64,000 bases of DNA from Lama glama (taxonomy: Eukaryota), in the NCBI GenBank assembly GCA_028534125.1, contig CM052828.1:54374001-54438000 (forward strand), written 5' to 3'. Shown here piece by piece: positions 40,598 through 54,701 of this stretch (the stretch's first letter is position 1; the number at the start of each line of letters is the position of its first letter). The translations under genes were made by a program, and so were the position numbers. The notes under the pieces are model-generated. The model saw only the letters and a program-made list of their open reading frames with translations, had not been told where the DNA came from and made no database searches.

Positions 40598-42548
40598 CTT
40601 TACAATAACATGAAAGATATGATCATACTGATAATGGTGTGTATCTATTAATAAATAGAACCTAAAAAATGTTAACGCCTGCTCTGCACTGTGCAGTGTC
40701 TGATGAAATCTACAATTGCTAATTTAGGATTGCAAAGGCTTTTTAATGAACTTTAAATTGAATGCAAAGCTAGGTTCTCTCTGGTTCGTTCTAGCAATAA
40801 TGGCTCATGAAACACTACGTGAAATTTAATTTGTAGCCCATATAGTATAAATGTGATTCTGAGAGGAGCCTTGGCTTTTGACTTTAAAGAAAATAAAAAT
40901 TCAATATGTGAAGTGGATATTTAGAAATAAAGAGAAAGATAAAATTATAACTCATAAAAAAGGTAAAATTAAAGTAAAATTCAACTCTCAGTGCTTCCAG
41001 CTTAATAAAGGCCACAACAAACTGACGGATGAGCTCAGAATCATCTCAAAAAAACATAATTTGAATATAAAGTTTTATCTAGGTTTTGTCTACTGTGTTT
41101 TCTCATTTGCTCTCTTTTATTATTTTACTGGATTACAGTTCATGGAATATTGAAGAAAGCCCCAGGTAAACGGCACATGATTAAAAATGTTGCTCCATGT
41201 GTACGGACCCAAAATGAAAAGAATGTAATGTTTGTTCTCAGCTTGGAAATCCTAACAGATAGTTCTTCACTCTAGAGATGTTTTTGTCTAACTAAGTAAG
41301 ACAAGAACCTAACGTCCTGGACAGAACTGGGAGCAAATAAAATCAGTTCTACTCGGGAATAATGGCTGATATGTTTGTGTCCCCTTAATGCTGGCAGCCT
41401 GTATACACACTTATGATTCAATGCCCAAGGAAGACGTCATTGAAGGAAAACTGAGACTCAGTCTCTTCTCGGCAAATGAAAACCAATTGTCCTAAAATGT
41501 AAATACCAGTTCAATTAACTCCAAGGTAAGGTGGTTTGCCATTCATATTTTGAATCTGATTTCACAAAAGAAATATTGATTCTATTTAATAAGGATTCTA
41601 AATTTGTTTTAAATTATGGAATGATTTGCAGTTTCTCTAGTCTATTCTTTTCCATCCACAAAAATTAATACAGTCATTTTATACACATAAAATTTAAAAC
41701 ACATTATAGAGAAGCAATTCCTAATTTCTTATATCTTATTTTATTGCTTGAAGGCAATTTTTCCTTATTTCTCAATTACTTAAAATAGGTGTCATAACTG
41801 TCAATTATTTTATTTCCCTCACAATTTAAAAACATTTATGATGTCTTTTCAGTGAGGTGTAACAACTCTCCTAATCCACTAGTGTAATGATACACTTTCT
41901 AGTAAGTTGGCCAACTCCATTACGTAAATGAAGATGCACATTTGTAAACTGATGGTAAAAGATGCACAGGATATTACTGAAATAATACTGAAAGAGATCA
42001 TGCATTTAAAGTCAAAGAATCTGCCACCTGTATTTAAGACGTTCACATAAAGTAGCAAATGCTGTGTTTTGTACATGTGTAACAACCAAATAAATATTGG
42101 TTGAAAAATACACAGGTAGTAACATATACACAACACACCATTTTTCTCTAAAATGCCTTATACACTTCTGTTGTGATAGTCTTAACTATTTGAACCCATC
42201 TTTATCCAAAAACAATCAAGGATATGCGCTTTTAATAAATATTCTAACCATACTTTAGTAGTTTTCAATTTTTTATCTCTTATTAAAATATGTATTGATC
42301 CAAATATATTATTAACAGGGCAATTATCTAGACTTCCGTGTAATAAAAAGTTCACACTTTCAAGTGTGGGACTGTTTACGATTTCAAGTGTGGATCTCAA
42401 GTGGAAAAGTCCTACTGGGTTAAGTATCAGGGATTAATTAAATTTTCCAGTACTGACACTATGAAATCAGGAAGCCCAAATAACATATAGAAACACTGCA
42501 CCCCACTGGTATTTGGTATTTCTGCCATCAGAAATAGTTACCCTTTGA

Positions 42549-42704
42549 GGGGAGGGTATAGCTCAGAGGTAGAGTGCATGCCTAGCATCCTGTGTTCAAT
42601 CTCCAGTACCACCATTAAAAATAAATACATAAAAACCTAATTATCTTCTCCAAAAAAATAAACAAATAAATAAAAATAAAATGTGAAATTGTAAAAACAA
42701 AAAA
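42549..42704 (+). mobile_element. Camelid tRNA-Ala-derived SINE (vic-1 type) with internal deletion and TSD
   Basis: ggggagggtatagctcagaggtagagtgcatgcctagcatcctgtgttcaatctccagtacc; long A-rich tail; 13-bp TSD agttaccctttga at 42536-42548 and 42705-42717. Confidence 0.93.
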
Positions 42705-45700
42705 AGTTACCCTTTGATTTTAAAAATAATCTTATGTGGAGTACACAATTAAAAGGACACTAACATTGCTTATTTTACTGTTTTGCCCCTTTGCACGGTG
42801 TTGTCCACTCAGAATACACTGTGTGCGTGGCCTAAGTGCCTAGTGCTTTACCAGGAAATACCCACAAGGGCCACCGATTGAACTCAGATCATCTGTTATA
42901 CTCTCATTCTAGTTTTAAGAAATCAAAAATATGTACAGAATTTTCTTTTCCAGTTTAAGTTAGATTTTAGCAAATAGATTTGTTTTCCAACAAAATTTAT
43001 TATTAAGCACACATACTACTTACCTTTCCGGCATACACAATGCAAAAATCTCATCATGTTAAATCCAAACAAATTGAGCCTCTTCCCCTGTAATCATGAA
43101 ACTCGAGACTAGTAGCAAGACAAGGGTCCAAGAGAGAAAGCAGTGGCCAGCATTTACTGGCATTGGAATGGCAGAGTGTTCCTAGAGTTAGCAGCCAGGA
43201 GATCAATGGTGACCCAATGGCAGTTGCACAGTGGCTGTGTTCCCATGACTCCTCTTCTTGTAGAACACACAAGCTGTCACTTTTGTCAACTCTCTGCGAG
43301 TCACACCCCAGACCCTGCGTTGGACCAGCAGATATTTTGATTGCCTAGTGCCCCCAAGTCACAAAAGCAAGAATTTCTGCTTCTTCCGGGTCTCCTCTGA
43401 ACCTGCCACCTTTTCTACAGCAGACTACGAAAATACTTACTATAGTCATTGGTGGGAACCACCTGATTACTAAGAATGCATACGATTAAATATACATTCA
43501 TTTTTTAATACATCAAGATTTCTTTGTTAACATTACGGTCTGCTTATGATAACTCGGCTATAGAGTTTACTGCTCTTCTGGTGTAGTTTGAGGATGGTAT
43601 CTCCCCTTTTCTGAGGAACCTTGCATGCAAAGTCATTGGAAAAAAGCAGTTAAGCTCTATAGGGTGCCAAATCCTCCTGCCCCTCTTCCAGTGTCCCCTC
43701 TGCCCCTAGACAACATGCAGGGGTGGCTGTTCGGGCACCCTCCTTTCACCCTGGTGTCTCTTCTCTCTCTCTACTCTCTTCATCTTCATGACGAATCTGG
43801 CCCTTTTCTTCCTTCTTTCATCAGCACATTTGCAATTCCTTTTATAAGGTTAAGCTTCACTTGTCAATGTTCCCACCATGACATGAAATATTACTTTTAC
43901 AAATGATAAATGGAGCAATAAAGATGCTCCCGGACATGGGACCCCAGCGGGCAGGAATACTGATAACTTCCGTAAGTCAAATCCAGACTCAGAAGAAAGG
44001 ATGGGTGAATAAACGCCAGCACATTTTCAAGAAGCCAAAGGATAAATGCTACTGAATGACTGAAGGAGATGTTTAAAGCGCTCTGCGGAAAGAAAAGAGC
44101 TGTAAGAAAGTATTGTTTCATGTGAAAAGTAATGTTGTTCATCTCTGCACCATGTAAGGAGAAGGAGAGAGTTGAGCAGAGAGAACAGAGGTCAGGTAGG
44201 CAGGTGTGGCTTGAAGAGCAATGAGCGTCGTCAAGCAAGTCTTAGCTCAGTTGCGTCTTTGGACTGCAGCATTGTTCATTTCCACATCATGCATGCCAAC
44301 GCTCAAATTAAAAAAAACCATTTCAAATATCATTATACTTATGGTGACCATATAATGTATCCTCCAGACTTGGAAAACTTTAAGAATGAAAGAGGGCAGT
44401 CTTAATGTTGATACCAGCACAACCTGTGTGAACTGAAATTGCCTGGGGCCAAACTCAGACAGACGGTCATCCCAGTGACTGTTCTTCCACTAGGAGACAT
44501 GCACAGAATTGAGGCTTTCAACAATAAATATGTGTCATGCACCTGTGACACGCTGGGTGTACAGCAGAGCTGAGTCTAGAACTAGGGGTGAAACTAGCAA
44601 GCAAGGCAGACATTAAATTTAGCTAAATTTATTCTTGAGCACATCTTAGGGCTAGAACACTTTGGGAGATTAATGTATCATTTCAATAGGTTCAACAGAG
44701 CCAGTTTTTTCTCCAGCATTAAAACCAGTCATTCTGCCCCGCTCCTCACTGTGTACCAGGAGGCTTGCATTTAGGAGCCAATGTCTACTACAGTCTCATA
44801 CTGGTACGTGTGTTGTATAGTGAATTATAGTCACTGTGTAGTAGTAGTAGGATCTCCTTATGAGAGTTCCTGGAGCTGAATCCGATAGAAGGAAAACAGA
44901 CCAGTGTCTCTGCCGTATGCTTGCTCTCGGTACCTGCTTGACATCACGTCTATGGGGGACTTTGCTTAAGTTATGTGTAATGTGATATTATTCACACAGC
45001 CGAATAATACACACTTAAGTATTTATATACTTAAGTAGTCCAACTCTAGTTGGAGGAGGAGATGGCACTGTCAGCAAAAACCTATGATGAAATATCATAA
45101 GGAAGAAAAGGATTACTTATCTAGACATAAGGGAGGAGGGAAGAAATAATGACTGAATGGAGGATCAGTGAAGGTGACCCTTGTCCAATCTATGACTAAT
45201 GAGTGGAAGTTTTCATGAAGGAGCAAACGACCAGTGGCTTGGAGAGTGGGAGGTGGAAAAAGGGGGATATTGAAGAAAGTACATTTCATGTAAAAAAGAG
45301 CTCTCTGAAATTCCATAAGACTTCCAGTAACAATATGGGACATAAAAATAAATGTCAGTTATCTGTATCTATATCTAATTTTAAATTTTTATAAGATGAA
45401 AGGACCCTAATATGAGATTTACAAAATTAACCTATACTGTCCTATCGCAAAGGTCTGCTATGGACAAGATAGGAACATAATTTAAATTACATGAGTGTAA
45501 AGAGACAGAGTGAGTTTCAAAGGTTTAAGCTCTTTCAACCACAAAAATACTTCTGTGTGTCTTCTAAGCCTCACTATTACCACAAACATCAGGATGCAAA
45601 TTGAAGCCATTAAAATAAAACATCCTAAAACCATAACAAATAAGTCACAGAAGGAAGATCCCTGCATTGCTGCCAATTACAGACATTTACTAAAACTAGG

Positions 45701-47184
45701 AAAGCCAGATACACAGCGAGACTAGTGATTGTTAACTGGTGATTTTTGACATTATGTCACCCATACACAGACTCGCTGTCCCAAAATGCTGTGTTCCCTG
45801 CACTCTCATCCTCACTAAAGGACATCATTCTTTGAAATTGGCATGAAGACTGTGCATGAGAATGTCACCTTCCACGGACACTATTTTGCTTTGGAGATCT
45901 GGTGAATAAAAAGCATACACTTAAAGCTCCTTTGTCATTATAACCACATATTTATGGGCTCTAAGCCTTTTATTCAACATATGTCACAGCTCTCATCGCT
46001 TACAGTGTGGCCGAGGTACCTGTGATTTTCATTCTTTGCTCTACAGAGGAACAGAAGTGTCCATTTGACAACACATAGTGCTCTGGGCTTAGCGTAGGCT
46101 GCACAGTTATGCTTCTCCCCTTTTATAATTCCCAAACATTAAGTGATAACATTTAATCATTACATCATTCTCAATGTATATCCTTACAGACTTTTGTTTT
46201 AGAAAGAAAATACTTCCCCTAAATCACGTGCAACTATTTGCTCGGGAGACGTTCCCATGGAGGTGCACGTGCATTCTTGAACATACCTTGGCAAATTAAA
46301 AGCGATTAACTCAGAGCACAGAGTTACAATGTTGGAAAGCTGAAAGACTGTACTGTGAGTGCCAGAGACCAGCAGTCCCACTTCCTCTGACGCTGTAGAA
46401 ATTTACAGGAATGGATTCAGATCAAGAAAATCTTCGTTTTGAGCTAATGTTCTCTAGTATTTGGTAGAATAATGGAAAATCTCCATGATCTACCTAAAAT
46501 GTGAACTCTCAGCCTGGAAGGACTTGTCTTATAAGGTCCTTGTCACCACACATCTGCTAGTATTTTGTAAATGTCATGTAATGGCAGCAATACAGAAGAC
46601 AGTCCAGAAAAAGAATTTACAAAGAAATTCCTTATGCAGTAATAAATATAATGTTTTAGGGTTTAGTGATTTTTTAAATATATGAGATAAGAAAAATTGC
46701 TGTGGGAACTGCAGCTAACACAACTTTAACTGGTGAAAGCAAAATTTCTTTAAAAATTTAATGTCACCGGAAATTTAGACATGTGTTGGACTTTTCAACA
46801 ACCATCGCAACAGCTTTCATAAACTGTTGCCTGTTGAAAGCATTTCTAATTCAAGACCTTGAGTGTTTTGCTTAATAAGTCTTTATGTGCACATAACTTG
46901 CAAAACAACAAATAACAGCTCCGATCTGATAGCAAAACTCGGGGAGCAATTCCTCTAGCTATTAACAGCTGGACCAGGAGAGGTGCTGCGGGCAAGGGAA
47001 GGAACAGACTTCAGAGTGGTCATTTACTGAGTTACATGTGAACAATTCACTTGAAAATATCCAGTGGCAGAAATTAATTATGATTTGGAGTTAGGAGTGA
47101 AGGTCACAATACAGAGACAGGGCAGTGCAGGCATGCTGAGAAAGGCAGAAAAGCAATGAAGGATGAGAAAGAAAAAAAGTGACT

Positions 47185-47562
47185 CAAATATCATATGATA
47201 TCTTTTATACAGGAAATTTAAAGAATGCTACAAATGAACTTATTTACAGAACAGAAACAGACTCACAGACACAGAAAACAAACTATGGTTACCAAAGAGG
47301 AAAGGAGTTGGGGGGCATAAATTAGGAGTTTGGGATAAGCAGATACAAACTACTATATGTAAAATAGATAAACAACGAAGTCCTATTGTACAGCACAGGG
47401 AATTATATTCATTATATTCAGTATCTTGTAATAAGTCATAATAGAGAAGAATCTAAAAAAGAATATATATACACATATATATGTGTATAACTGAATCACT
47501 TAGCTGTACACCAGAAACTAACAAAACACTGTAAATTAACTATACTTCAATAAAAAAAGAAA
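47185..47562 (+). mobile_element. 5'-truncated cetartiodactyl L1 3' end
   Basis: aaatatcatatgatatc...acaaatgaacttatttacagaacagaaacagactcacagac...aaattaggagtttggga...cagcacagggaa...ctgaatcact...actatacttcAATAAAaaa, including a 9-bp tandem duplication attatattc. Confidence 0.92.
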
Positions 47563-47675
47563 TGAGGACAGTGAGCCTGTGAAAAAAATTTAAAAAATAA
47601 AAATATAACTTGAGAACATCTGAGGCTTATAAACAAATGTCTCTAAGCAAAGGAAAATGGCATTAGAGCCATCAA

Positions 47676-48175
47676 NNNNNNNNNNNNNNNNNNNNNNNNN
47701 NNNNNNNNNNNNNNNNNNNNNNNNNNNNNNNNNNNNNNNNNNNNNNNNNNNNNNNNNNNNNNNNNNNNNNNNNNNNNNNNNNNNNNNNNNNNNNNNNNNN
47801 NNNNNNNNNNNNNNNNNNNNNNNNNNNNNNNNNNNNNNNNNNNNNNNNNNNNNNNNNNNNNNNNNNNNNNNNNNNNNNNNNNNNNNNNNNNNNNNNNNNN
47901 NNNNNNNNNNNNNNNNNNNNNNNNNNNNNNNNNNNNNNNNNNNNNNNNNNNNNNNNNNNNNNNNNNNNNNNNNNNNNNNNNNNNNNNNNNNNNNNNNNNN
48001 NNNNNNNNNNNNNNNNNNNNNNNNNNNNNNNNNNNNNNNNNNNNNNNNNNNNNNNNNNNNNNNNNNNNNNNNNNNNNNNNNNNNNNNNNNNNNNNNNNNN
48101 NNNNNNNNNNNNNNNNNNNNNNNNNNNNNNNNNNNNNNNNNNNNNNNNNNNNNNNNNNNNNNNNNNNNNNNNNNN
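47676..48175. other. Assembly gap (500 N)
   Basis: Run of N. Confidence 1.
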
Positions 48176-51100
48176 AAAAAAAGATTTTCACCTCAAATCT
48201 CCACATTTTGTTTCCTATAGGCTTGTTACTTTCAGAATCGGAAAACTACCCAAGTAAGGTTATTTTATTTCTCTTTAACACTCATTAGACATTATGAGAC
48301 TTAGAAAACCAGTACATTTGTAGATTGCTTCCAAGTATTTAGACTGAACACTATTCTGAAGAGCCGTGTATTTAAATGTCATCCTTACTCTAATGGAGAT
48401 TACAAGGATGTATACCCACTTGTGGATAAACGTAAATGCTCTTTGCAGACATCATAATTTTAGTCTTTTTGAAATTTTGAAGAGAGTTCCCAGGCCGGAT
48501 AAGCAGAGAAGAGGAATGCACCCCCTTGTTCCCTGCTAACCTAGTGTTTCAGGCACAGGGAGCTGTGGCAGAAGAGTGTCGGAGAGAACCCGCTGCTGGC
48601 ACGGTGCCCACTGGGCCAACCGCACAGCTGGGGAGTGCTGCCTCGCTCTCCATGTGTCTGTGATAGGCACGGCGACGTCTGCTGACCTTAGGTAAGTAAC
48701 TACCGTCATTCTGCCAGAACATGACCACAGTATCTAAAGATTAAAGAAAACATGATTCAGTGTCCCATCTACTTCTTGGAAAGTATTTCAAATGTCATCA
48801 TCATGTTATAAAAAGGCATTCAGAATTCTCAAGGTCACCCGTAGGGCCCCAGTGCTTCAATTAGAGCTGACGGCCAGCCGTCAGTGAGTCTTCTGAGCTG
48901 GGTATCTTCTCCTCCGGTTATACACGCCCATCTACCAATCCCACTCTGTTATGCATTGAAGAAATGAACTATAGAAGGCATTTGCCTTTGAAGAATTAAA
49001 ATGAACTGTAGTTGTGAGTTATAAATCCTAAGCAAGATCCCTCAAGGTGGATTTTACGCTCATTGTACTTCACAATGAGTATTCAGAAAAATGCCTAAAT
49101 GGTAACTGAGAGAAAATACCCACATTTACATATCATATACTAATTTCCATCTGTGTATCCTTTTCATTGTGTGGGAAGAGTGTCTTAGTAGTTTATGGTT
49201 ACAGAACAATCACGCACAAACACACCCACACCACATAGTGTGCTCAGTACAAGAATTCTACTTTCCCCAGTGGTAACATACTTGACTATTATGCAGTCAC
49301 CCCTTCAGGTCATTGAATTACCCTTGAAAACCTCACTTTGAAGTGGAATTAACAAGATTAGTTCATCAATACATTAAAACCGACTCTGGGGCTCTGCCGG
49401 GTTTACGGTCACAGAACTAGGGCTTTTGGTTTCTATATCTTTATCTTGTTTCTCACCGTCACCGCCTCAAACGCAAAATCACCTCAAGGACCCGATAATG
49501 CAATTCTACCACATTTTTCCAGAGTGAAAAATTATTTTAAAGCACAGATGCTTCCAGGTAGAACACCGACAGAAAGTACAATTAAGTACTGAGTAGACTG
49601 GTTCAGGTAACCTTAACATGCTACGATCGGATCGATCAGTACACGGTAATTTGCCAGGTAGTCACTGCTTCAGCAAACCCCTGGGCAAGTCTCTCGTTAA
49701 GCAAATGATTGGAAGACTAGATAATTGAAATTAAGTACCACAATATACACGTTTCATAGTTTTCCCTAGTCGTATTAGGAACATACTATCTAATGAAGTT
49801 ATTATTCACATTAAAAAACTAAGTAACTGGATATTTTGGTCCTGGTAGTCAATGGTTTAATGAGTCTGAGGAATGTCTAATTGGTCCCAAAGACTGATCA
49901 TCAGGAATAAAATAAAATCAGGACTAGCTTTGTGGCTCAGAGAACCGAAGTATGACTGAACACCTCGTGCTTTGAAACAATCACATATTGCTGACACGGT
50001 TTCTTTTCCCCTTTTTTGGTCATTGTTATTGCATGAATAATGCATAAAAATTAATAAGAACTTTGTCTGCATTCAGATTCCTACAAGGTGTTATTTGATT
50101 TTTTTAAGATAAACACAAGGGAACTATATTGCCCAAGGCAATTCTCCTGTCTACCCATTTCAATGTGTAAGCCCTCTCTTGCAATGTAATTTTAAATTAA
50201 ATAAAGGCTCACTGCTATTTCTCCTGGGTATACATTTGGCTTTGCTAAATCTATATAACAGTCATTCAAAAGACTCAAACTGCATTAGAAAAACAGTTAA
50301 CACATTTGCGGCCCCTGTGGAACAATCTCTTAATAATTTCCTCCTTTATTTTAGTATGATATTTCACATTAGATTTTATTTCTCCATGGACATTAAGAGA
50401 ATGCCTCTTGCCTCATCTCTAGGTAAAAGTTGTCTAGAGGACTTTTGAACATTTTTATTATTGATTTTTCTGTTGCTAATATTGCTAGAAATATAGAATT
50501 CTAATCGAAATTGGAATAAAAGCAATAGAGGAGTTAGGCATACTGGCTGCCATGAAATGATAGGTAGAGTTATCTAAATGGCAAGTTCTTAATACAAAAA
50601 CAAAAAAAAAACTTCCCATTGCTTCTATTGATGATTATAGGATAGAAAGCAAAATGTTAAATGGCAATATTTAAATAATTGATAATGCTGCAGACGCCAT
50701 TATTTTCTCTGTAGTTCCGTAACCCTTTACCATCATTTTCCCATTCAAGGCAATAGCAAAAATAATGAGTAATAAGTGTTGACAGCAGAGCAAGTGCTCG
50801 CAAATGAATCTGCATCGCTGCATTGTGAGCATTTAACGTGCCCTCTAATCAAAACCGCTGTTTCTCACACCACAGTAAATATGCAGCTCTTATGGTGGTA
50901 TATCCTACTGTCAGAATTTTACTCTTCCTTATTTTAAGCAAGAAAGATACTGACTTCTTCAAAGCTGTTTCTCAAGCACAGCTCAGAAAGCCAACACACT
51001 TGAACCATAACAGAGATTCACTCACTGTGGAAAATACTTTGCCATGACGAGGCTCTGGATCGCTTCTGCCCTCAGTTTAAGGTTTAGAGACTGAAACAGT

Positions 51101-53323
51101 ATTATAAAGGGTTCAGAGCTGAGACACCAGTGAGTTAACTGGAGAAGCTGACATTAATGGGGAGTCATTGAAGATCAACCATTTGTCACTAGGCCCCTGT
51201 GAAGGGCATTCACAGCTAACTTCTTACATGCCATGGGTAAAAGCTCGTCTCCTGACGTAAACCAATATCCACCATGTGTCAGCCTAGTACCTCTAGGTCC
51301 TATTTGTACAAGCGTGAGTAGAATAATGTTTCCTGTTTGTCCACATAACTACTTCTGCTAAATAGTGGTCTGGATCCAGGGCTAATAGCCAAGTAAAGTA
51401 TCCCCACCTTGTCATAGATGCAGCAATTCTAAAGCCTCACAAAAATATCTTGTTCCCATCCAGTCTCTCTCTCTATTGGGACATCAGATAACAACCAATT
51501 ATGAAGCCTTTGCATGGGTTGGGATGTACCTATTAACCAGTGACTCATCTCTCTTCATTTTGTATAGTTGTCAGATCTTAAAACCAATATCTAACTCTAA
51601 ATACACTCTCAAGAGCTCTACCATGTCCTTATTCAGAAGTACAGTATGTACCTTTCCATGAACCTGCATTCGAAATTGAATACATTACCTTAAGACAAAC
51701 AACCAACATTCAGTGTAACCCTAAGTAGCACAAAACACCCTTCCATGATGTAGAGAAATAATTCAAAGTTAAAATGCACTGTATATGGAGTTCATATATA
51801 TAGAAACTGTAAGTTCCATGGGGATAGGGGTCATGTCTGTCTTTTTTTTATCATTATTTCTTTAGGTTCTAGCATGTTTTGGACCAATACTGATTGATGG
51901 GTAATATCAGAAAGAAAATGTGACCAACATTTTTAGCCAAATAAATGGTCATCATTCTTTCAATAACACTGCAGCTCTAAAATCAGTGGAAACACATGGC
52001 ATAAAGAGAAGGAAACAAGGAAAATGATCACAAAAGGAATAATTTTGCCAATTTTAGTAAATGATATGAAGAAAAATAGCCAATTTGGTTTTCCAATAAT
52101 GGTTGTTATATTAGTTTTTCTGGAAAAGAATAAGAGTCATATTTTTATGAATTATTTTTAAAATTATTTTTCTTGTTTATTCCCAAGTGACTAAGAAATA
52201 GAATATAAATTACTAAGAAATGAGCTACACTCAGGAAACTGAGAGAGATACCCAATGTTTACTCAGAGCCCACCATGAACTCATAGCCTACACGCAACTC
52301 CATTCCCAGAAATAGGGAGAAGAATTCTCTAAAAGTAAAATGTGTAAGCAGAAACAAAATCCATCAGCTCCACTTGGGTGGATGGTGTACATATATACAA
52401 TTACAATAATGGGGCCTCCCACATATGCAAACAGTTTTTAAGAAAGCATAATTTTGTCCCAAATTTTAGTAGCTATTAATTGTTGCTTTAGTGTTAAAGC
52501 TGATTTGTCCTTCATTTTAATGGACTATTGGCCTTTTTAGCATTTACGTAGTTTTTTATGCATTTCTTTTCATGGTGTGGAGAATGAAAACAAAGAGATA
52601 GTTCATTCTCAAATATTATCTATTTATTTAGGACTCAATTTTTCAGGTAGTCTTTGAATGTCCTTACATATAAAAATTCCTTCACCACCTACCATCTACC
52701 ATTCATCCTCTAGAAATATAGATTTGTAAAAAAAAAAAAGGAAACATTCAGATCTAACATAAATTTATGTCTGTATTTTACAGTTGTCACTCTAGAGAAA
52801 ACTAGGATAAAATTTCAAACTGTGATATTTTTTCTTTGACAATACAACTATATCATTTAAGAACATATAGAAATAACAGTCCTTTCCTTAATGATCATCA
52901 TTCATGCTCTTGCTTTAAATTGTTAAAAGTTCAAGTGGTAGCAACACTGACAAGAAATCGGGGTTTACATTTTTGCCCTGAGATGCTTTTTTAAGGTGAA
53001 GACAGCTTACCACTCACCTCGGTAATGCAAACATGACCACGTTAGCATCAAACATTGCAGATCCGAGTTCTGCCTCTCTGAGTTTATCATGCCCTTTCAG
53101 GAAAGGAAATGTGTAAATAAGTGCTTTTCTGCAAGTCTAACTTGAGAAATGAACAGACTCATATCTTCTTTGCTGATGCTTAATGTTTTTCATGGGTAAA
53201 AAGATAAGTGGCATGCATAATGAACATCACGAACAAGGAAGGCACGCAAGGAATAAATTCATAAATTTTGCTGGTGAAACTGATTCCACCTTAACAATAA
53301 TCAATCAAGAACTGCAGACTGGT

Positions 53324-53473
53324 GGGGAGCGTTTGGCTCAAGCGGTAGAGCGCATGCTTAGCATGCATGCGGTCCTGGGTTCAATCCCCGGTACCTCCTC
53401 TAAAAATAAATAAATAAATAAACCTGAATACCTTCCCTCTCAACAAAAAATAAAATGATGATAATAATAAAAA
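53324..53473 (+). mobile_element. Camelid tRNA-Ala-derived SINE (vic-1 type), apparently young copy with TSD
   Basis: ggggagcgtttggctcaagcggtagagcgcatgcttagcatgcatgcggtcctgggttcaatccccggtacctcc; (TAAA)n and A-rich tail; TSD aagaactRcaga at 53307-53318 and 53474-53485 (1 mismatch). Confidence 0.93.
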
Positions 53474-54701
53474 AAGAACTACAGATCGAAGACTTCCTAC
53501 ATGCCCATCGCTGTTCAAGGTGTGATAGGAAATGTACAAATATAGTCAGAAAAATAGACGCTGAGAAAAGATAAAAGAACCTTTCTCAGACTCCTTTATC
53601 CATATGACTAGTCAGTATTTTCTCTGAATGATTTTCTCGTGTCTATTGGACTTTAAGGGGGCTGAATCTTGCACGTATCTTTGAAGCCCCAGCACATACA
53701 GCACAATAGCTGTCAGTGAAAGGCTACAGAAATGTTGGCTGAATGGAGAGAATAAGTGAATTCATGATTACACACATCTCCACCGAGTGTTGACTCTTCA
53801 GTCTATATTTAAGTGCTGAGTAATTACATTGAACAGAAATGATCTTCCACTTATTTCTCACACACTCTTTTGTGATCAGTCATATGTATTTCACTTCTGT
53901 GAGGTACAGGGGTTTTGGTTCAGTTAAGAAATCTGTATAATGATGGGCCTTAATGGGATCAGCCCACTCTCTACACAGGACCTGGAAAAGAAGCCCAAAC
54001 GTGGGCCCAGCACCAGGGACCTGGCGTTCACCTAGGGCAGAAGCAGGCCTCCTTTCTTCCAGAAATGGGACTTGTGTGGGAAGGCCCTGCTTAGAGGAAA
54101 ACAAACTTGTCTCAGAAGAAACAGAGGCTTAGGAAAAATAAACAATTTATTAAATATAGATATATTTATTTCATCAGTAACTTTTAAAAAAAATCTAAAA
54201 AGATCTCACTTCTGAAGCAACCCAGATTTGCTGTCATTGGAAACCAGCTCTGTCAGGATGTCTCTGTCCTGAACCAGCCCTTCAGGTCAGCAGGTGCCCG
54301 CTGGCCCCAGGCTTGGGGAGAATCTCTGAGCTTTCCATGATACAGAATACCTCTTTCTCAGGACTGCAAACTAGCTGTCACTAGCCTGAAAATTAGTATC
54401 TTACTTTGTTTCTATTTCTCTTATTTTATTTTCTCAAGGCTCAGCAAAAGTTTGTCTCTCCCTATATTATCTTGATGTTCAAGGACACATTTCTTGTCCT
54501 GTTCTTTCCAGGAATTTCTTGTCCTAGTCTTTCCAGATTGAGTGGCATGATCGCAGCGGGACTTTTCTCCATTCACCTCCTCAAAGGCCAGCTCATCTGG
54601 TCAGTGGGGAAGGTGAGCATTACTTAAGGTCATGTCATTCTACTTACTTCCCGAGGGCTTGAACTGGTCCATGAATTTGTAAATACTAATACTAATAATA
54701 C

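Noticed and set aside
53324-53400. Functional tRNA-Ala(AGC) gene (also at 33422 and 42549)
   Set aside because: The acceptor stem is disrupted, and each copy has a SINE tail and target-site duplication, so these are SINEs.
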